Source of the DNA: Camelus dromedarius | Taxonomy: Eukaryota | Assembly: GCF_036321535.1 (NCBI RefSeq) | Contig: NC_087436.1 | Location: forward strand, 79,796,001-79,860,000 | Length of the DNA: 64,000 nt | Reading direction: 5' to 3' | Shown here: in pieces, positions 23,817 to 38,030 of the stretch | How positions within the stretch are numbered: position 1 is the stretch's first letter | Layout of the letters: each line of letters starts with the position of its first letter | Notes under the pieces: model-generated | What the model saw: the letters and a program-made list of their open reading frames with translations, nothing else | Told to the model about the DNA's origin: nothing | The model's database searches: none | Position numbers and translations under genes: made by a program

Positions 23817-26419
23817 CTCATCTTATTTGGCTAATGTGTGTAATAGTCCTAGCATCTAATGGACTTAACAAATGGTGGTTATTATTAAGAGATGATATAG
23901 AAAAATAGCAATTACCTTTTACATACTTGAAATTTTCTTATGTTTAAGAAAAAATTGTTAATATTTACTAAATGTAATTTTAATGACATTCATATCTTGC
24001 TTTCTTTTTACCAGGGTCTACCATGGTGCAGGTGGACAGTTAGTGGGCACTTCTAGTAGTTTTGGAATCCATTTCTAAATCAGAACATATAAGTTATCTA
24101 ATCTCAAAAGTGGAAGTTGATAGTCACTATAAAGGAAAAAATATTTTTCTGGGAGAAGTTACACTTTTCTTTGAGATCAAAAATTGGGCTAAAATTATAT
24201 GTTAAGAAATGTTCTAACTTTTATTGTCATGTGTCTGTGTATACATAGGAGCTCTAAAATTCTCCTAGTATGTGACTTCTGAATCAGCAGTATTATTTCT
24301 GTGCTCCACGAATATTGTGTGCTTGCTTTGCTTTTGTAATACATCCATGTGCAAGGGCCAGATGTTTAAATTCGTCTTTTTGTGGTTGTTGTTGTTGTTA
24401 AAGAGATTGTCATCCCTGAATATAATCTCAGGGAAAGTTCTTGGGCCCTACTTCAATAAGAAAAAGCCTCGTTTCTGGTTAGCAAGTCAAAGGAAAGGGC
24501 TTTTTATTATATGAGAAATGGAACACTGCATTCCTGTAGAGGAAACAGGCATTCACCTTTTGATCCCTAATGTGGGTGCCCAAGTTTGTAAATTTAATAA
24601 AAAGATAAAAAAATATGGGAGTGTTTTTATCTGAAGCAATAAACTCTGATTAAATCTTGCCAGTTTGATGCTAACGGTCTGTCTGGGTAGCATGAAGGAG
24701 AGCTTGGACAAGATAATAGTGGCAGACAAATGTGAAAGAATATGAAGTTTTAAAGAGCCTTTCAGACACTAAAGAGTTTAGGAAATTAAAATAATCAGTG
24801 TGGTTTTTCATGCTCCTCAATAGTCTTAATTGCCTAGGTTCATTCACTTCTCTGTCACTGAGTAAATCTATCTCCTCCATTGTAACGGCTGTTCCTTAGT
24901 CTGTAATGATTATCTTTCATGTTCCTTTTTATTAATTTTTAAAAATAAAGGTGGTCCAGAAAGTAATATGCATATTATCTGTTGAGTCTAACAGGATGCC
25001 AGTCAGCTAAACCTCATTGCTCTATACAACTAATGAGATAAGTCTGGGAAAGGAGAGATGCAGACAGGAATTTATAAAAACATGCTAAAAAAATGGTTTT
25101 TGTCATTAGGTTGAGCAGAGGCTATAACATATAGGGAAAAACAGTGGTTACTCTAAAGTGTTATAAATGCTTGGCTGTGGAGACACATCTTTAAAATATT
25201 CATGTCTAACTGATCTGAAAAAAATCAGAAACTTTAGATGGAATGCTTTATACTAACAGATATTTAGTGCAGTTCAGTCTAGTTTATATATGCATGTTTA
25301 TACTTACATGCAGAGTATGGTAAGGTCTTCAGTTAGAGTAAATAGTAACTAATGTTGAGATTAATTTATGTCAGTTCTGTTTGTTAGTTTTATATCTATC
25401 ACTTTTGCATGAAGATGACATTTCGATAAGGGAGGTGAAGGTTTGTGTTATCATTATGGAGAGGAGGCAGTGATTGCCATATTGGTGTCGCCTTGATCAT
25501 TTGTTCTGGTTAGTGCTAACAGTAATCAAGGAATTCCAATATTGCCTAATTTCTGACTTGATGTATAGCTTACATTTTTATTTAGATACTAAACTGAGCT
25601 GGCTTCTTTTAAGGTTGCATGGCTGTGGTTATCCTAAAACACATTAGTTTGGCACAGCTTTCAAAAGTGCACCCTCTGTGAGACAAAGGGTGCTATAATG
25701 GCTTCTGGGATGATCTATTATTTTTGGCATGTAAAAAGAAGTTATAATGCTGTTCTTTAAAATTTATGTTTCATAATAAAATGAATAATTCATTCACTCA
25801 TCCACTGACAAGCAGAATACTTAAATTAATGTCTCAAAGTAAAAAATCAGCACCAAACCAAAAAGCTAGGATTGGAGGTAGGGAAAGAAGCCTGGCTATT
25901 AGGATATAATACATTTTCAGAAGATAACCGTAATATAAAATGAGTCTGAAAGTCATTTATAAAGAACAGGATATTAAAAGCTATAAGAAAAAAAAAGACC
26001 ATTTATCTATTTGTGTACTATTTTGAAGACTTGAGCCAAATGTTTCATCAGTGATTTGGGCGCCTTCCAATAAATTGGGCAGGGTTGATATGTGTGTGGG
26101 GGGGTGGGTGGGCAGCCATCTCTTTTTCCTTTGAGCTTGGTTTATTTAAACCGTCATTAATTCAACAAATGCCTATTGAACAGGTGATATGTAGACGGCA
26201 AGCTGCCAGGCACTAATTTGTATACAAAGAGACCTAAGGCTTGGAGAAGCCATACCTAGGTGAACTTAAGACTAGTTAATTTTAAAAATATTTCTGAAGT
26301 AAATTTTTAAATGAAATTAATTTGTTAATGACTAAGGATCGATCAATAAATCTTATTTACTGTTTCTCTTTAACAAGTGCAACAACACAATCATCATCTT
26401 ATCATCAACATAATGGTAA

Positions 26420-26640
26420 TGACAGTAGTCAAAGCGTATGTCCCTAGGCACTGTTCTATGTGTTTCACATATATTTACCTGGATACAGTAACTTGTGGAG
26501 CAGGTGCTATTATTATCTTCATGTAACAAAAGAGGAAACTGAGGGACAGAGAGGTTAGGTAACCTGCCTAGGGTCTCACAGGTACGAAGGGTGGTCAATC
26601 TTAGCCACAGCCCAAGCTTTTTGATATCAGAAATGCCATA
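26420..26640 (-). mobile_element. MIR SINE
   Basis: 'gaggaaactgagggacagagaggttaggtaacctgcctagggtctcacag'. Confidence 0.85.
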
Positions 26641-28854
26641 AGCGCAGGTACTGCTGTTTACTGTTTACTGATCGAGTTGCATGATTCCCTGGCAACATCT
26701 AGCGAGCATTCTAAGATGCTAGAATCCTGAGGACATTTTCGTTTTGGTTTCCCAGTTTCTTCAAAGTTGTCAGTAGCAATTTCCATATAACTAGAAACAA
26801 GTCAAGGATCTTGGTTTTAAAAAGGAAATGATTTGAGTATGAAAGACCCTCTTTTGCTTAGACTTGAACGTTGGCCTTTACAAAGAACTTTTATTTTCTA
26901 AAACTAGGGCTTCTGAGTTTGACTAGTGTCAGTCTAGGGAGTCGCAAGTCAAATAAGGATGGTCTCTGAATTGGTTAGATTATATTCACAATAGATGCCT
27001 TTTGGAATGGGAGCTCTGTGAACCTGACCACATCACTTTCCTGGACCTCATGTCTTCCATGAGGAAAAGGAGGGCATTGGAGTAGGTCATCTCCTATACT
27101 CTGGGAGTTTGTATCTTTCTGAGCTAATTTGTCTCATGAAGTTCTAGAATTAATTTAAAAAAGATTTTAGTGAGGCAAATCAGCAAAATTCAGATGGGTA
27201 GAAACAGCTTTACATGAGAAGTTGTCTTTGTTCAATGACACATAGCTTTGGCTAAGTCAACTAGCTTACAGTGCACGAATAAATACATTACATGCTGTTT
27301 CTTACCGATTTAAAATAATTGTTTCTATTCTGAAATAGGTGTTATTTTGTTTAGTCAGGAAGTTAATTGTCATATTTAAACATTTGGTTATAATTTCCCA
27401 TCTGTTGGCTGTGACACAAAGTAAGTTTCTTAAGAAGGGATGTCTAGGTTCTAACAAGAAAACACTAAACGTAGAAAACGCAAAAAGTGACACAGGCAAT
27501 GCTGGAGTGATTATGTGTTCATTTTCACGCCTCTTGAGGAACACTGTAAAAAATGTTAATATTCTTATATAGTACAGGTTTGTGGGTATTTTTGCTTCTA
27601 TAGATTATATAGATATATAGAGATAATATATATAGGTAGTATATATGGGTAATGTCTTACCTAAGGTCTGTGACCACATTTTAATACATGATTGCAATTT
27701 CCTATTTGAAAAATGGCTGATTGAATATAGTGTCACGGAGGTGAATTCACCTATTCTTTGAAAATAAGACCTTGAGCCCATGATAGCTTGGTTAGCCTCT
27801 GTCTGATGTGTGTAATAGATGAGCCATCGTTCCCAAGGCACGAGTGTGTGTGTGTTTCTGCACAATACACTCTCATGAAGAGGCGGTATCTCATGATAAA
27901 AAGGTTGCTTCTTTCTAGCTTTGTCCCCTAGAGCAAGCCATTAACCTCTCAACTGCCATTTTTTCAGCTTTAAAAAGGAATTTTTAAATCTGCTCTGCAG
28001 TTTGGGTGCTTTGTTTACAACGTACATTTGTTGTCACTTGTTTTACATCTGCTCACACCCCCTGAGTACGAGGGGCTGCTGTGGATGAGCCCTGAGCTCT
28101 TGAGAGAGGGGAAGACTGGAAGGGTGCTGTCTTCTCACTCGCTCTGAAAGCTTCGCCCCTTTGGTCTAGGCAAAGGGAAGCTGGGGCTTGGGGGGCATCT
28201 TCTTACCATTTTCGGTGCACACCAAAGTCATTGAGAAGAGAAAACTGAGGTAGCAAAGTGTGAATTTTTTTAAGGCCTGCTTTAAAAAAATAGTAAATGG
28301 TAAGTGTCAGTTTCTTCTGAATCTAGGCTTCAGGACAGGGGCGTCCACTGGGGCTTCTGGTCGTTGGTGGATTTCACCTCTGTTTTGGGGAGCAGCAGGA
28401 GTGTTTAGGGCCTCAGCCCGTCATAATTCAGCTCCATATTCATTTCAGTTCACAGGAAAAATGAATGTTCTCAAACTGACTGTTAGTCTTGTTGGTCATA
28501 TGTTTCCATTTCTTCAAATGCATTACTCACTTGACATATAATGATACAAACTTCTACGTACTCTCCTGCAGTAAACAATTTTCCCTTTACCTCATGACTT
28601 TTTGGCAGCTTAAATAAGAAGAGAGCCCTACATTAATACTCCATTTGAGAAGTTATATCTATCTAAGGAGGAATATGTCCATCTACAGAGGAAACTCAAT
28701 TTATTATTTTTCTCATAAATTGGGGGGTTCTAATTTACATTCAGAAAAAATGTTTTAAATTTACTAAAAATAAAGAACAAAAATTATACCAATAGAATAT
28801 AATGTCACTTTTGTTCTCTGGGAGATGGATACATACACATACACATACTCTTAC

Positions 28855-30250
28855 ACAGACATTATTGAGATATAGCTTACAAACAATAACACACACAGAT
28901 AACAACAGGACAATTATATATATATATGTAACCACCACCCAGTCTTCCAGACCTACTCAGCCCTCAGTCCCACTCCTCATTCCGGAGGTAACCACTCTTT
29001 TGTTCTTTACCACCATATATTAGTTTTGCCTGTTTTTGGACTTCATATAAGTATAATCACACAATATATACTTTTCTGTGTCAAGCTTCTTTTCTACCCA
29101 ACATTATTTCAGTGAGATTTTAGTCATGCTGTGGTATGAAGCAAAAGTTTGTTCTTGTTCACTGATGTGAGTTATTTCATTGTATGATTGTATTACAGTT
29201 TAGTTATTCGTTCTTTTGTTGATGGAAATTTGGGTTGTTTCTGGCTTTTAGCTACGATAAATAATGCTGCTATGAACATTGTTGTAAATGTTTGTTATAG
29301 TGGACATAGCTCCAGGAGTGATTGCTGGGTCATAGGATAAAGCCATGTTTAGATTTGGTAGGTGAGCTGAAAGTTTCCCAAAGGGGCTACTTCAGTTTAC
29401 ACCCCTATCAGCCATATATGAGAGTTTCACATTGTCACTAACATTTGACATTATGGGGATAGATCCTTCTACGTCCACCATTTTAGATGGTGTGTGGTAG
29501 TTTTTCATTATGGTTTTAATTTGCATGTCTCAGCTGACCAAGAATATTAAGCTTCTTTCTATGTTTATTGGCTGTATACTTCACTTTTGTGAAGTGCCCG
29601 ATCAAATCTTTCCCCAATTTAAAACGAATTTGGGTTGTCTGTCTTTTATTATTGATTTGTAGTTCTTTATATATCTTAAATGAGTCATTTCCTGGATACA
29701 TGTATCGCAGTTATTTTTTTCCAGCCTGTGGCTTGCTCTTTCATTTTTTAAATGGTGCCTCTCAAAGAGTAGAAGTTTTAAATTTCATGCACAGCAAATT
29801 ATCTTTTTTCTTATGGCTAACTCTTCCTTTTCCAGTTTAAGAAATATTTGCCTATCTCAAGATCTTAAAGGCATTCTTCTCTATTTTTTCTAAAAAGTTT
29901 ATTGTATACCTTTCACATTTGGGTCTCTGATTCATCTCAAATTAATTATTGTTCGTAGTGTGAAGTTGAGGTCAAATTTCTTTTTCTCCCCATTTATTGA
30001 AAAGACTCTCCTGTCCCCACTGGATTGCAGTGACAGCTGTATTATAAAGCAGGTGACTGCATCTTGGTGGATTTGTTCCTTGGTTCTCCATCCTGTCTCT
30101 TTGGTTTATTTGCCTATCCTTGGGCTGAAACCTAACTATCTTAGTTGTCTTTGCTTTATCATAAGCCTTGAACTCTGGTAGCAAGTGCTGCAGCTCTGTT
30201 GGTCTTCATCTTCTAGATTTTCTTGACTATTTTAGGCTCTAATTTCTGTA
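28855..30250 (-). mobile_element. Old L1M (L1MB/MC/ME-like) 3' portion, about 1.4 kb
   Basis: Antisense L1 motifs 'ataatgctgctatgaacatt', 'ttgctgggtcatagg', 'gttttaatttgcat' and 'catttattgaaaagact'. Confidence 0.85.
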
Positions 30251-33200
30251 AATAAGTATTTAAATCTCTAATTTTGATTCTCAGTCTGGTTCTGATTGTA
30301 AGGTATTTGGTGAATGAATGGATTCTTGAGATCTTAATTTCTGTCAAGATAGAATAGGACTAAAAAATATTCATCAAGCTCCCTGGATGGCTAAAACACA
30401 AAAGATGATAAATCTCTTGAATTCAATACTAATATATTAGTGTTGCTAATTTAGGGATGAGAGGAACCCTGAGGTTCAGCTAGCTTAAGCCCTTTGTAAC
30501 ACAAATGAAAAACTGTAATGTTGGGTGATTTTCCCAACTCTGCCTCTGGATTCATAAGCCAGCTATCTTTCTGCTAAAGCTTGCCATCTTCTAATCAAGC
30601 CTATAGTATTTCAGGAAGCATTTATCTGAATGCGTATGTCTCTCGCATCTACCGGAGGAAAGAGATGTGTGACCTTAAGAATGTTAAACTTCAATAAAGG
30701 GGAAAACAGTTGATAAGAACTGTGCCTTTGTAACGTAGAGAGACGCTTAATTAACTAGAACTTCATTGAAAATTGCAGTGTAAATCTTTACAAATTTAAT
30801 CCAAGTCCCCATGAGTTATGTTTCCCCCTGTCGTGCAGTCCAAAAGATTTTAAATCACCACGACACGTCTTGATCTGAGAACAATGTTAGTGTTTGCACA
30901 CTCTGTGCCTTCTCCTTTGCTTCAAGAGAGGAAAACGCCTGCTTAATTCCATTGGCAACAGCCCGATTTTGGAGGCTGAACATGAACAATCAACAATTAA
31001 AATCCATTTCAGTTACTATGAACCTGAAAGATGAGGTACGTCATTGACAGTGGATCTCTTCCTTCCTCAGCACTCTCCCTGAAACACTGTCAGTTTCCCT
31101 TTCCTTTTATTTTATTGTAATCACTCTTCTGAGACTATGTTGGGGTTGACTCTTCGTCAAGGTGTCCAGCTGAAAAATGGTTCTCTGATCCTGCTGAGGC
31201 AGGGACAGAGGAACAGCAGCCCACATCGGCTGCAGATGTGCAGAGTGGTAACTTTGGGAGGCAGTGATAATTAAGGAGCATATGGTCCGTAATAAATCTG
31301 TACAGTAGTGCTAGCTGGTATTAATTGAGGTATTAAGAATAATAGCACATCCTTATAAATAATGTGTTAAATCTCAAGTTACATTTCCTGGGGCTTAATA
31401 TAGCTCTGTGTAAATTTGGTGGTTTTTCTTATTTGATATAGTATATGAAGTGTGAGAAGATTTATGATATAATTTGTGTACATGTACCCTGATCAAAATG
31501 GCTGCGAAGGGCCTGATAAAACATGAACATCTGGAGGTACAGATGTCACTCCCATGAAGCTGAAGGCTGTTTGACGGGGAGCAGGACCATATGACTGTGA
31601 GAGGAGCAGGGCTCGGAAGTGCCAAGTTTCACGTGAGTTTGATAGAAATGTGTTATGAGTGCTTAACATCTTGATTGATAGGTTTAGATGAAGAAAACTA
31701 TTCCCTAAGCTTATGCCTACTTTTTTGTTTCATTTTAGACTCGTTCTTTATTTTTACACTGTTCATGGTGATGATTTTTACCAGAAAAGATATTGAGCTT
31801 CTAAGCTTGGAAGAGAGAGTTCATACTTTTGAAGCAGGGAAAGCAGTGTTGGAAAAAACAAGTCATATTCATGTTTTGCCCTGGCCTGATACGGTGTTAA
31901 CAGAAAAGAAGGGAGAGGCGCTGAGTTCTGCATTCATTTGTTGTACTCAGGATCTATATATTAATTGATATCCTTAAGCCAGCTATAAAGAACCAATAAT
32001 AGATATATTTATATAAATATAATTATATATAATATTGCATATAGTTGGAAAGATATCCTAATGCATTACTAGTGTTATCTTTGTTTACTAGAGTCATAAG
32101 AGATTTTTGTTTCTAATTTTAATTATCTAAATATTCATCAATAAATAAAATAAAATGGTGTTTTTTAAAAGAGAAATACTGAATGGGCTATTTTCTTGAA
32201 ATGAGAATCACCAGAATTCCAGTTCTAATCCACCCATCTTTCACTGATCCCATGGCTTCCTTCTGGTTCCATCAGGGTTAAAGAAAGACTACTACTTTTT
32301 CTTTTCCTCTCATTATTGTCAAAGCAAGATAAAGTGAAACATAATTATTCCTGTTAGTTAACATACTTCCTAAGTGGACTAGTGAAAAATATTTGAATCT
32401 GACAACTATTATATGTAAATGAGCAAAAACATTTGGGACCTTTTGATGATAGATATAGCTTTATAAAAACAAAATGCCTATTGGGAAATTCTAGAGGCCA
32501 GACTTTGCAGATTCCTGAAGGACCCTTCCTAGAAAAAGCATCACCTCAATGTCAAGTCAGTCAACTCTTCCTCTGATGAGTCAACATTCCACTGGTTGAA
32601 GAGTTAGGGGAATAGTTTTAAAAATTCATATCTTTTGCTCCTACTGGAATAGTCAGAGCTGATTTTAAGAGTAATGGCCTAGGCCTGTATCCTGGGCCAG
32701 GCCTTTGGAGACTTAGATGAAAAACTTCTGTCAATTCCCAGAATCCTCTTGGCAAGATCAAAGTATGTGTGCCATCTTAGCTAATATGAATTTATGTATA
32801 TAATAAGTGGATGGTCTGCCCATTCATTTGTTAGATGTAATGTTGGATTGGGAACAAAGGATAACAAGAGCAAAGTAATTAGGGCCCTCCTAAGTTTCCC
32901 TTGTGCAGTGACAGAGGATGATTATATTAGCACAACCTTTGCAGTTAAATGGTAATCTTAGCTGATCAGCAACCCATTTTTCAGCCTATGTCATTCTGTC
33001 CCTTTCTGGCCTCCTCCTAACCATACTGTGGATGAATAGCTACGCTCTCAGATTTACAGTTCTGCCAGTGCCTAAGGAAGCAGCTGCTGATGCTGTGATG
33101 ATGCATGCAATCTAGAGATGCCAGGCTTTTAGTTCTGTCTATTGGGGACTTTTTTCCCCTTGCTGGTTTCTAATGAGCAATTTTATATTTCATACTGGCA

Positions 33201-35599
33201 GTGTTGCATTACAGCCTGAAGAAGGGTTAATGGCCCCAAAGGTTTGATATGACTTTGATATGGGAGCATAATCTACCCTCAAGGGAAGTTTAAATGCTGC
33301 TGTGGAAAATTGCTTTAGCATGAGAATGCCAGAGAGAATTTTTGAATTACTCTTGAAACTAGCAGAAAGAGAAGGAAAGAGACAGACAGACACGGAGAAG
33401 TGGACACAGACCACGGATGTGCACAGCAGGTAGCACACTCAGCTCTCTTCCTGGTGCTGGAAGGGGTTCTTTAACTGTATAAAGGCAACAGAAGGGGTTA
33501 GCTAATCGACCAAGCATATACTCGATAGTGATCTTAACCATGCACGTGTACCTATGTGTATATACATATATGCACACACAATTACTACATGTTACACACA
33601 TAATAGTAGAACTAAGTTCTGATTTTTTTAACTACCAATCTTTATTTACTGTAGAGTAAATGAAAATCATGGGAGAGCTGTGTTTCCTCTTTGCCTTGTC
33701 TGTATCCTCCCCTTTCTTAGTCCTTGTTTTATGTTTACATCCATGTATCATAACTAGTTTCAAAAAATACTTAGTCTCTGTTCAGAATCAAGTTTATTGT
33801 CTTAGGCAACTGCATTTCCATTGTGCTAGACTTTTCTGTTCCTATTTGCTACTATATCAATCTGTGTATTTATAAGAGTTTCATGAGTTGAAAAATCTAA
33901 TTCAATGCATGACTTGCAAAACATCTGTCAGGTTAGATTTTATAAAACATTTTTGTTGCAGCAATGAGAAGTTTTTCTTTGTTGGTTTGTTGTTTGTTCT
34001 ATCAATGATACTTTGGCTTTTGGTTGAAAAAAACAAATATCCATCTTGGCATATTGTTACCTAGAAAAGTATGTCTCAGTTTCTCAGAATACTCAAACTA
34101 TGGCTGTTTTAAGTATTAAACTATCAGATGTCACCTCCAACATTATTATTTCTGTTTAACACATGCAATTACTGCTTTCTTGGGATTTTGCTACACAAAT
34201 CAAAGAGTTGCTGATTTAGCCAGACAGCCAGGTGCAAAAAACTCCTTTCTTGTTGGATGTAAAAAAATAATACCTTTTATTGAGGAAATGCAAACCAAAT
34301 ATTTGGAAAAATTTGAAATCAATAATTTGATACTTGTTTTCAGAAGAAATTGTAATAAACAGTAGAAGAATGTTGCCTGAAGCATACACACACATGCACA
34401 CACAGAAAAATCTCCAGAACTTATATTCAGATAATAAAATTAGAAAACCCTCAAAGACACTGGAAAGTAAAAAATAAATGACTCGATCACTGAGGTACTA
34501 GGTAGTCTCATTGCCTGCGCTGCCCAGGAAGGAGCAGTCCTACATGTTAAACTCTCCCTGCTCCACACTCCCACCCCTAGAATCTAAATCCCACCAGACA
34601 TGAGTGCATCAGGAATTGACACTAGACCTAAAGAGGTAGGGGCCATCTTTAGGTTGAAAGCAGAGATAAAATTCTTTCTCAGATTTTGGAAACCAATCTG
34701 AAAGATTCTGTAGACTTGGGAGCTGAAGTGACATTTTGGAGCACAGGAAGATAAGTAAGCAGAACAAATGAGTCTAGAATGAGGAGAAGCAAGCAGATGG
34801 AAGGACGGGCACTGTATGGCCCCTGAAATAAGAAGACAGAAAGAATATCAGTCACATGTCTTGACTGATTTCCAGATCCAGGTCCCTTGGGACCCTGCTC
34901 CATTATTTTCAACATGGCATTGTTTCCTAGGTTTAATTCCTTTGCATGTGAGGAAATGGAGCTGGAAGGGGTCTGTGACATCCTTTAGCTTAACACTTGA
35001 CTTTATAGATTAGTAAATAGAAATTTATTGAGGTTAAAAATAGAGAACTTGCTCAAGATCAAAAGCGATATAATAATCAGTTCTCTTCTTGACTGTAATC
35101 CTTAGCGTGGACACGATAGAGTCCAAGTGAATATTTGTTATCAATAACAATGATGATGCTATTTGTAGATGCATGAATATTAATAATATTTTAATTTTTA
35201 AAAACTGGAAGTAATTTCTGTACAAGTTTTCAGGGAAAAGCTTGCTTTCTGATTGATAGTCTGGAACATTCTTTCACTAGGAAGAAACATGGGCTTCCAT
35301 GGTCTTTCCCAGGTTATATTTCCAGATTAATTTGAATGATTTGTATTTGTAGACTCTGTACTCTAGTTTCTTTGTTTCCTGAAGATACCCAGTTTTATTC
35401 TTTTTAAAAGTTAAAAAAATTATTTATAAATTAATATTTATTTATTTTTATGCATACATTTGAGCATAATGTTTCTTTTTCTCAAGGAGCAGCTCTTCAC
35501 TCTGGCTGCATACTAGAAGTTCCTAGGGAGCTAAAAAACACTGATGCCCAGACCTGTCAGGGGTTCTGATTTAATTGGTCTGTGCTGTGGTTTCAGCTA

Positions 35600-36260
35600 A
35601 CTAAAGTATAATTTATGTACAATAAAATTCATCCATTTAACCATACAGCCTGATGAAATGTGTTAACTGTATACAGTGGTATAACCATCAGCACAGTCAA
35701 GACTTGGAACAGTTCTGTCTCCCTAAGCTTCCTTGTACCCCTTTGTGGTTGATCCCCTCCCCTGACACTTGACCTCAGGCAACCACTGATCTGCTTTCTG
35801 TCACCGAAGTTTTGCCTTTTCTAGAATTTCATATAAATGGAATCATAGAACGTGTATTCATTTAGGTTTGACTATTTCTACGTATCACATATTTATGTTT
35901 TTGAGACTCATCCGTGTTGCCCCTTTTTATTGCTAAGTAGAATTCCATAGTGCGGGCTAAGCCACAATTTTGTTCTCTTTTTACCAACTGCTTCCAGTTA
36001 TTTGGTATGAATAATGTTCCCAGGGATATTTGCAACAGTCTTTGTATGGACAAATGTTTTCATTTTTGCAGGAGTGAGATTGCTGGGTCATATGGTGGGT
36101 CTAGGTCTTCCTTTGTAGATGCTTCTCAGAGTGGCTGTACCATTTCCATTCCTACCAGCAGCATGTGAGAAGTCCATTTGTTCCACATCCTCACCAACGC
36201 TTGGCATTTTTTAACTGTTTAACTTTAGCCATGCTAGTGAATGTGTAGGGATATCTCAGC
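35600..36260 (-). mobile_element. L1MB-like 3' end
   Basis: 'caggcaaccactgatctgctttctgtcac..ttttgccttttctagaatttcatataaatggaatcata' and 'ttccacatcctcaccaac'. Confidence 0.85.
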
Positions 36261-36282
36261 CATCAGTATTTAAAAAAATCCC

Positions 36283-36515
36283 ACATATTTATTAGCTTAC
36301 AATTCTGGAGATTGGGAGTCCAAAATGGGTCTCACACGCTAAAATCAAGACGTCAGCAGAGTTGCATGCCTCTCAGGAGGCTCTCGAGGAGAACCTGCCC
36401 TTTCCAGCTTCTAGAGGCTTCTTGCATTACTTGATGTGTGGCTTCCTTTCATCTTCGAAGTCAACCATGGCTGGTGGACTCTTTTTCACAAGTCATCACT
36501 CTGACACTAACTCTT
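36283..36515 (-). mobile_element. MLT1 (MaLR) LTR fragment
   Basis: 'atttattagcttacaattctggag..gtccaaaatgggtctca..gctaaaatcaag' and 'ttccagcttctagaggct'. Confidence 0.8.
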
Positions 36516-36939
36516 TCAGGCATCAGTGTTTTTAATCAATATTAATTCAAGCATCAGTATTTTAAAAAATGTTCTCAGGTGATTCTCATGTCAGTGATGA
36601 ATAAAAATGACTGTCTTATAATGTCTTTTCATGACATCGCTCAGTATTTGAATTTTACCCTTTCTTCAGGTCCAAACTTAAATCTTGACTTTTCTATAGA
36701 AACTTTTCTCATCCCAGACAGGAGTAATTTCTTCTTTCCTGAAACCCCAAATCACTATTACTTAGTGCTTGTTACTTTTCATTGTAGTCACTTACATATG
36801 GAAGTTATCATATTTACCAGATTCGAAGATCTTTGAGGTTGAAGAATTTATTTGTTTTTTATCTAATTTTGCAGGACTTAATGAATATTTGTTGAGTGAG
36901 TTATGAATATTTGCAGTATTTACTTCACATTTCATCTAA

Positions 36940-37170
36940 CAGAGTGACCGTATTAAGATCACAGACTCTGGAGCCAGACTGTCCACCATCAATAGTGGCT
37001 TTGTGCTTTATCACCTCTGTGATCTTAGGCAAGTTAATTAATCTCCCTGTACCTCAGTTTTATTAGGTAAAAATGGGACTATAAATGATCTGATCATTAA
37101 ATGAATTAATAGTCATACAACATTAGAATTGTGCCAAGCACGTGGTAAGCAGTATGCGAGTGTTAGCTAT
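36940..37170 (+). mobile_element. MIR SINE (near full length)
   Basis: 'acagactctggagccagactg..tgtgatcttaggcaagttaattaatctccctgtacctcagttt'. Confidence 0.85.
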
Positions 37171-37794
37171 TTTTAGAGTGCGTATGCCTGGGTCTGTGGT
37201 GTATGGGAGGGTCTGGAACTCGAGTGAATAAAGCAGATGTGTTAGAAAGAGAGGGGAGCATGAGAGAAGAGAGACTAGGATTCTTCCCCAAATGTTGACT
37301 TTGGGCACGTTGAAAATCAAGTATCCTTTGAACCTTCCTCAGCCCAGCTCTCTAGATGAGGCTTTGCAGTCTGAGTGTTCCCTCCCCAAGGTCAGGCACT
37401 GTGACATTCAGCTGAGGGCTGGGTGTGGAGATTCTTTCCCCTCAGTCAGGCTATTGCCACTTGCTGCTTCATCAAGATCCAGTTCTGATCTTCAGCCAGT
37501 GGATCCAGCTTTTGGTTAAATCTCTCTATCAAGATAATGGGCTGTTGACTGGCTACTTGCTGTCTTCAGTAACAATTTGGGTTTCCTCAGGGCTGGAGGC
37601 TTCTTTTTTTCCCTTCTTTTTTGCCATGACCCAGTTAATAATGTCTCTCTGGTATGGAATAAATTTTTACTGAGGATGATTTAGTTTTCAAGACATATCT
37701 CTGTGGTCAGTAGGTTTAAAGTTGCTATATCCTATCTCTTCACTCCTTTTCCATGACAAGAGCCCTAATACCATGGAAACAGGAAGCCCAGCCA

Positions 37795-38030
37795 TTGTAA
37801 TAATTATAGTAATGATGTTTCTTGGGTTATTACAGTTAAGCATTGTGTTAAACAAAATACACTAGTTACCACATCTAATCCTCCTTACATTACAAAGAAG
37901 AAACTACTGCTACAGATTATGAATAAGGAAATTGAGACTCAGAGAGGCTAAGTACCTTATCTAATGTCATAGTGCCAGTTAGAGCCTGAACTATATTCAT
38001 TTTCTCCTTCATTCTTTAATTTTTCTTAGA
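37795..38030 (-). mobile_element. MIR SINE
   Basis: 'aaggaaattgagactcagagaggctaagtaccttatctaatgtcatag'. Confidence 0.75.

Larger units (their letters stand above)
35487..36595 (-). mobile_element. MER5A1-like MITE split by nested L1 and MLT1 insertions
   Basis: Left half 'ctggctgcatactagaa..ggagct..ctgatgccca..ttctgatttaattggtctg' (35487-35597). Right half 'gcatcagtattttaaaaaa..caggtgattctcatgt' (about 36515-36595). Confidence 0.7.

Noticed and set aside
35150..35252. C/D-box snoRNA-like arrangement (ATGATGA ... CTGA with a short CAA/TTG stem)
   Set aside because: The interior is very AT-rich, with no evident C'/D' boxes or rRNA-complementary guide. Such motif pairs are common by chance.
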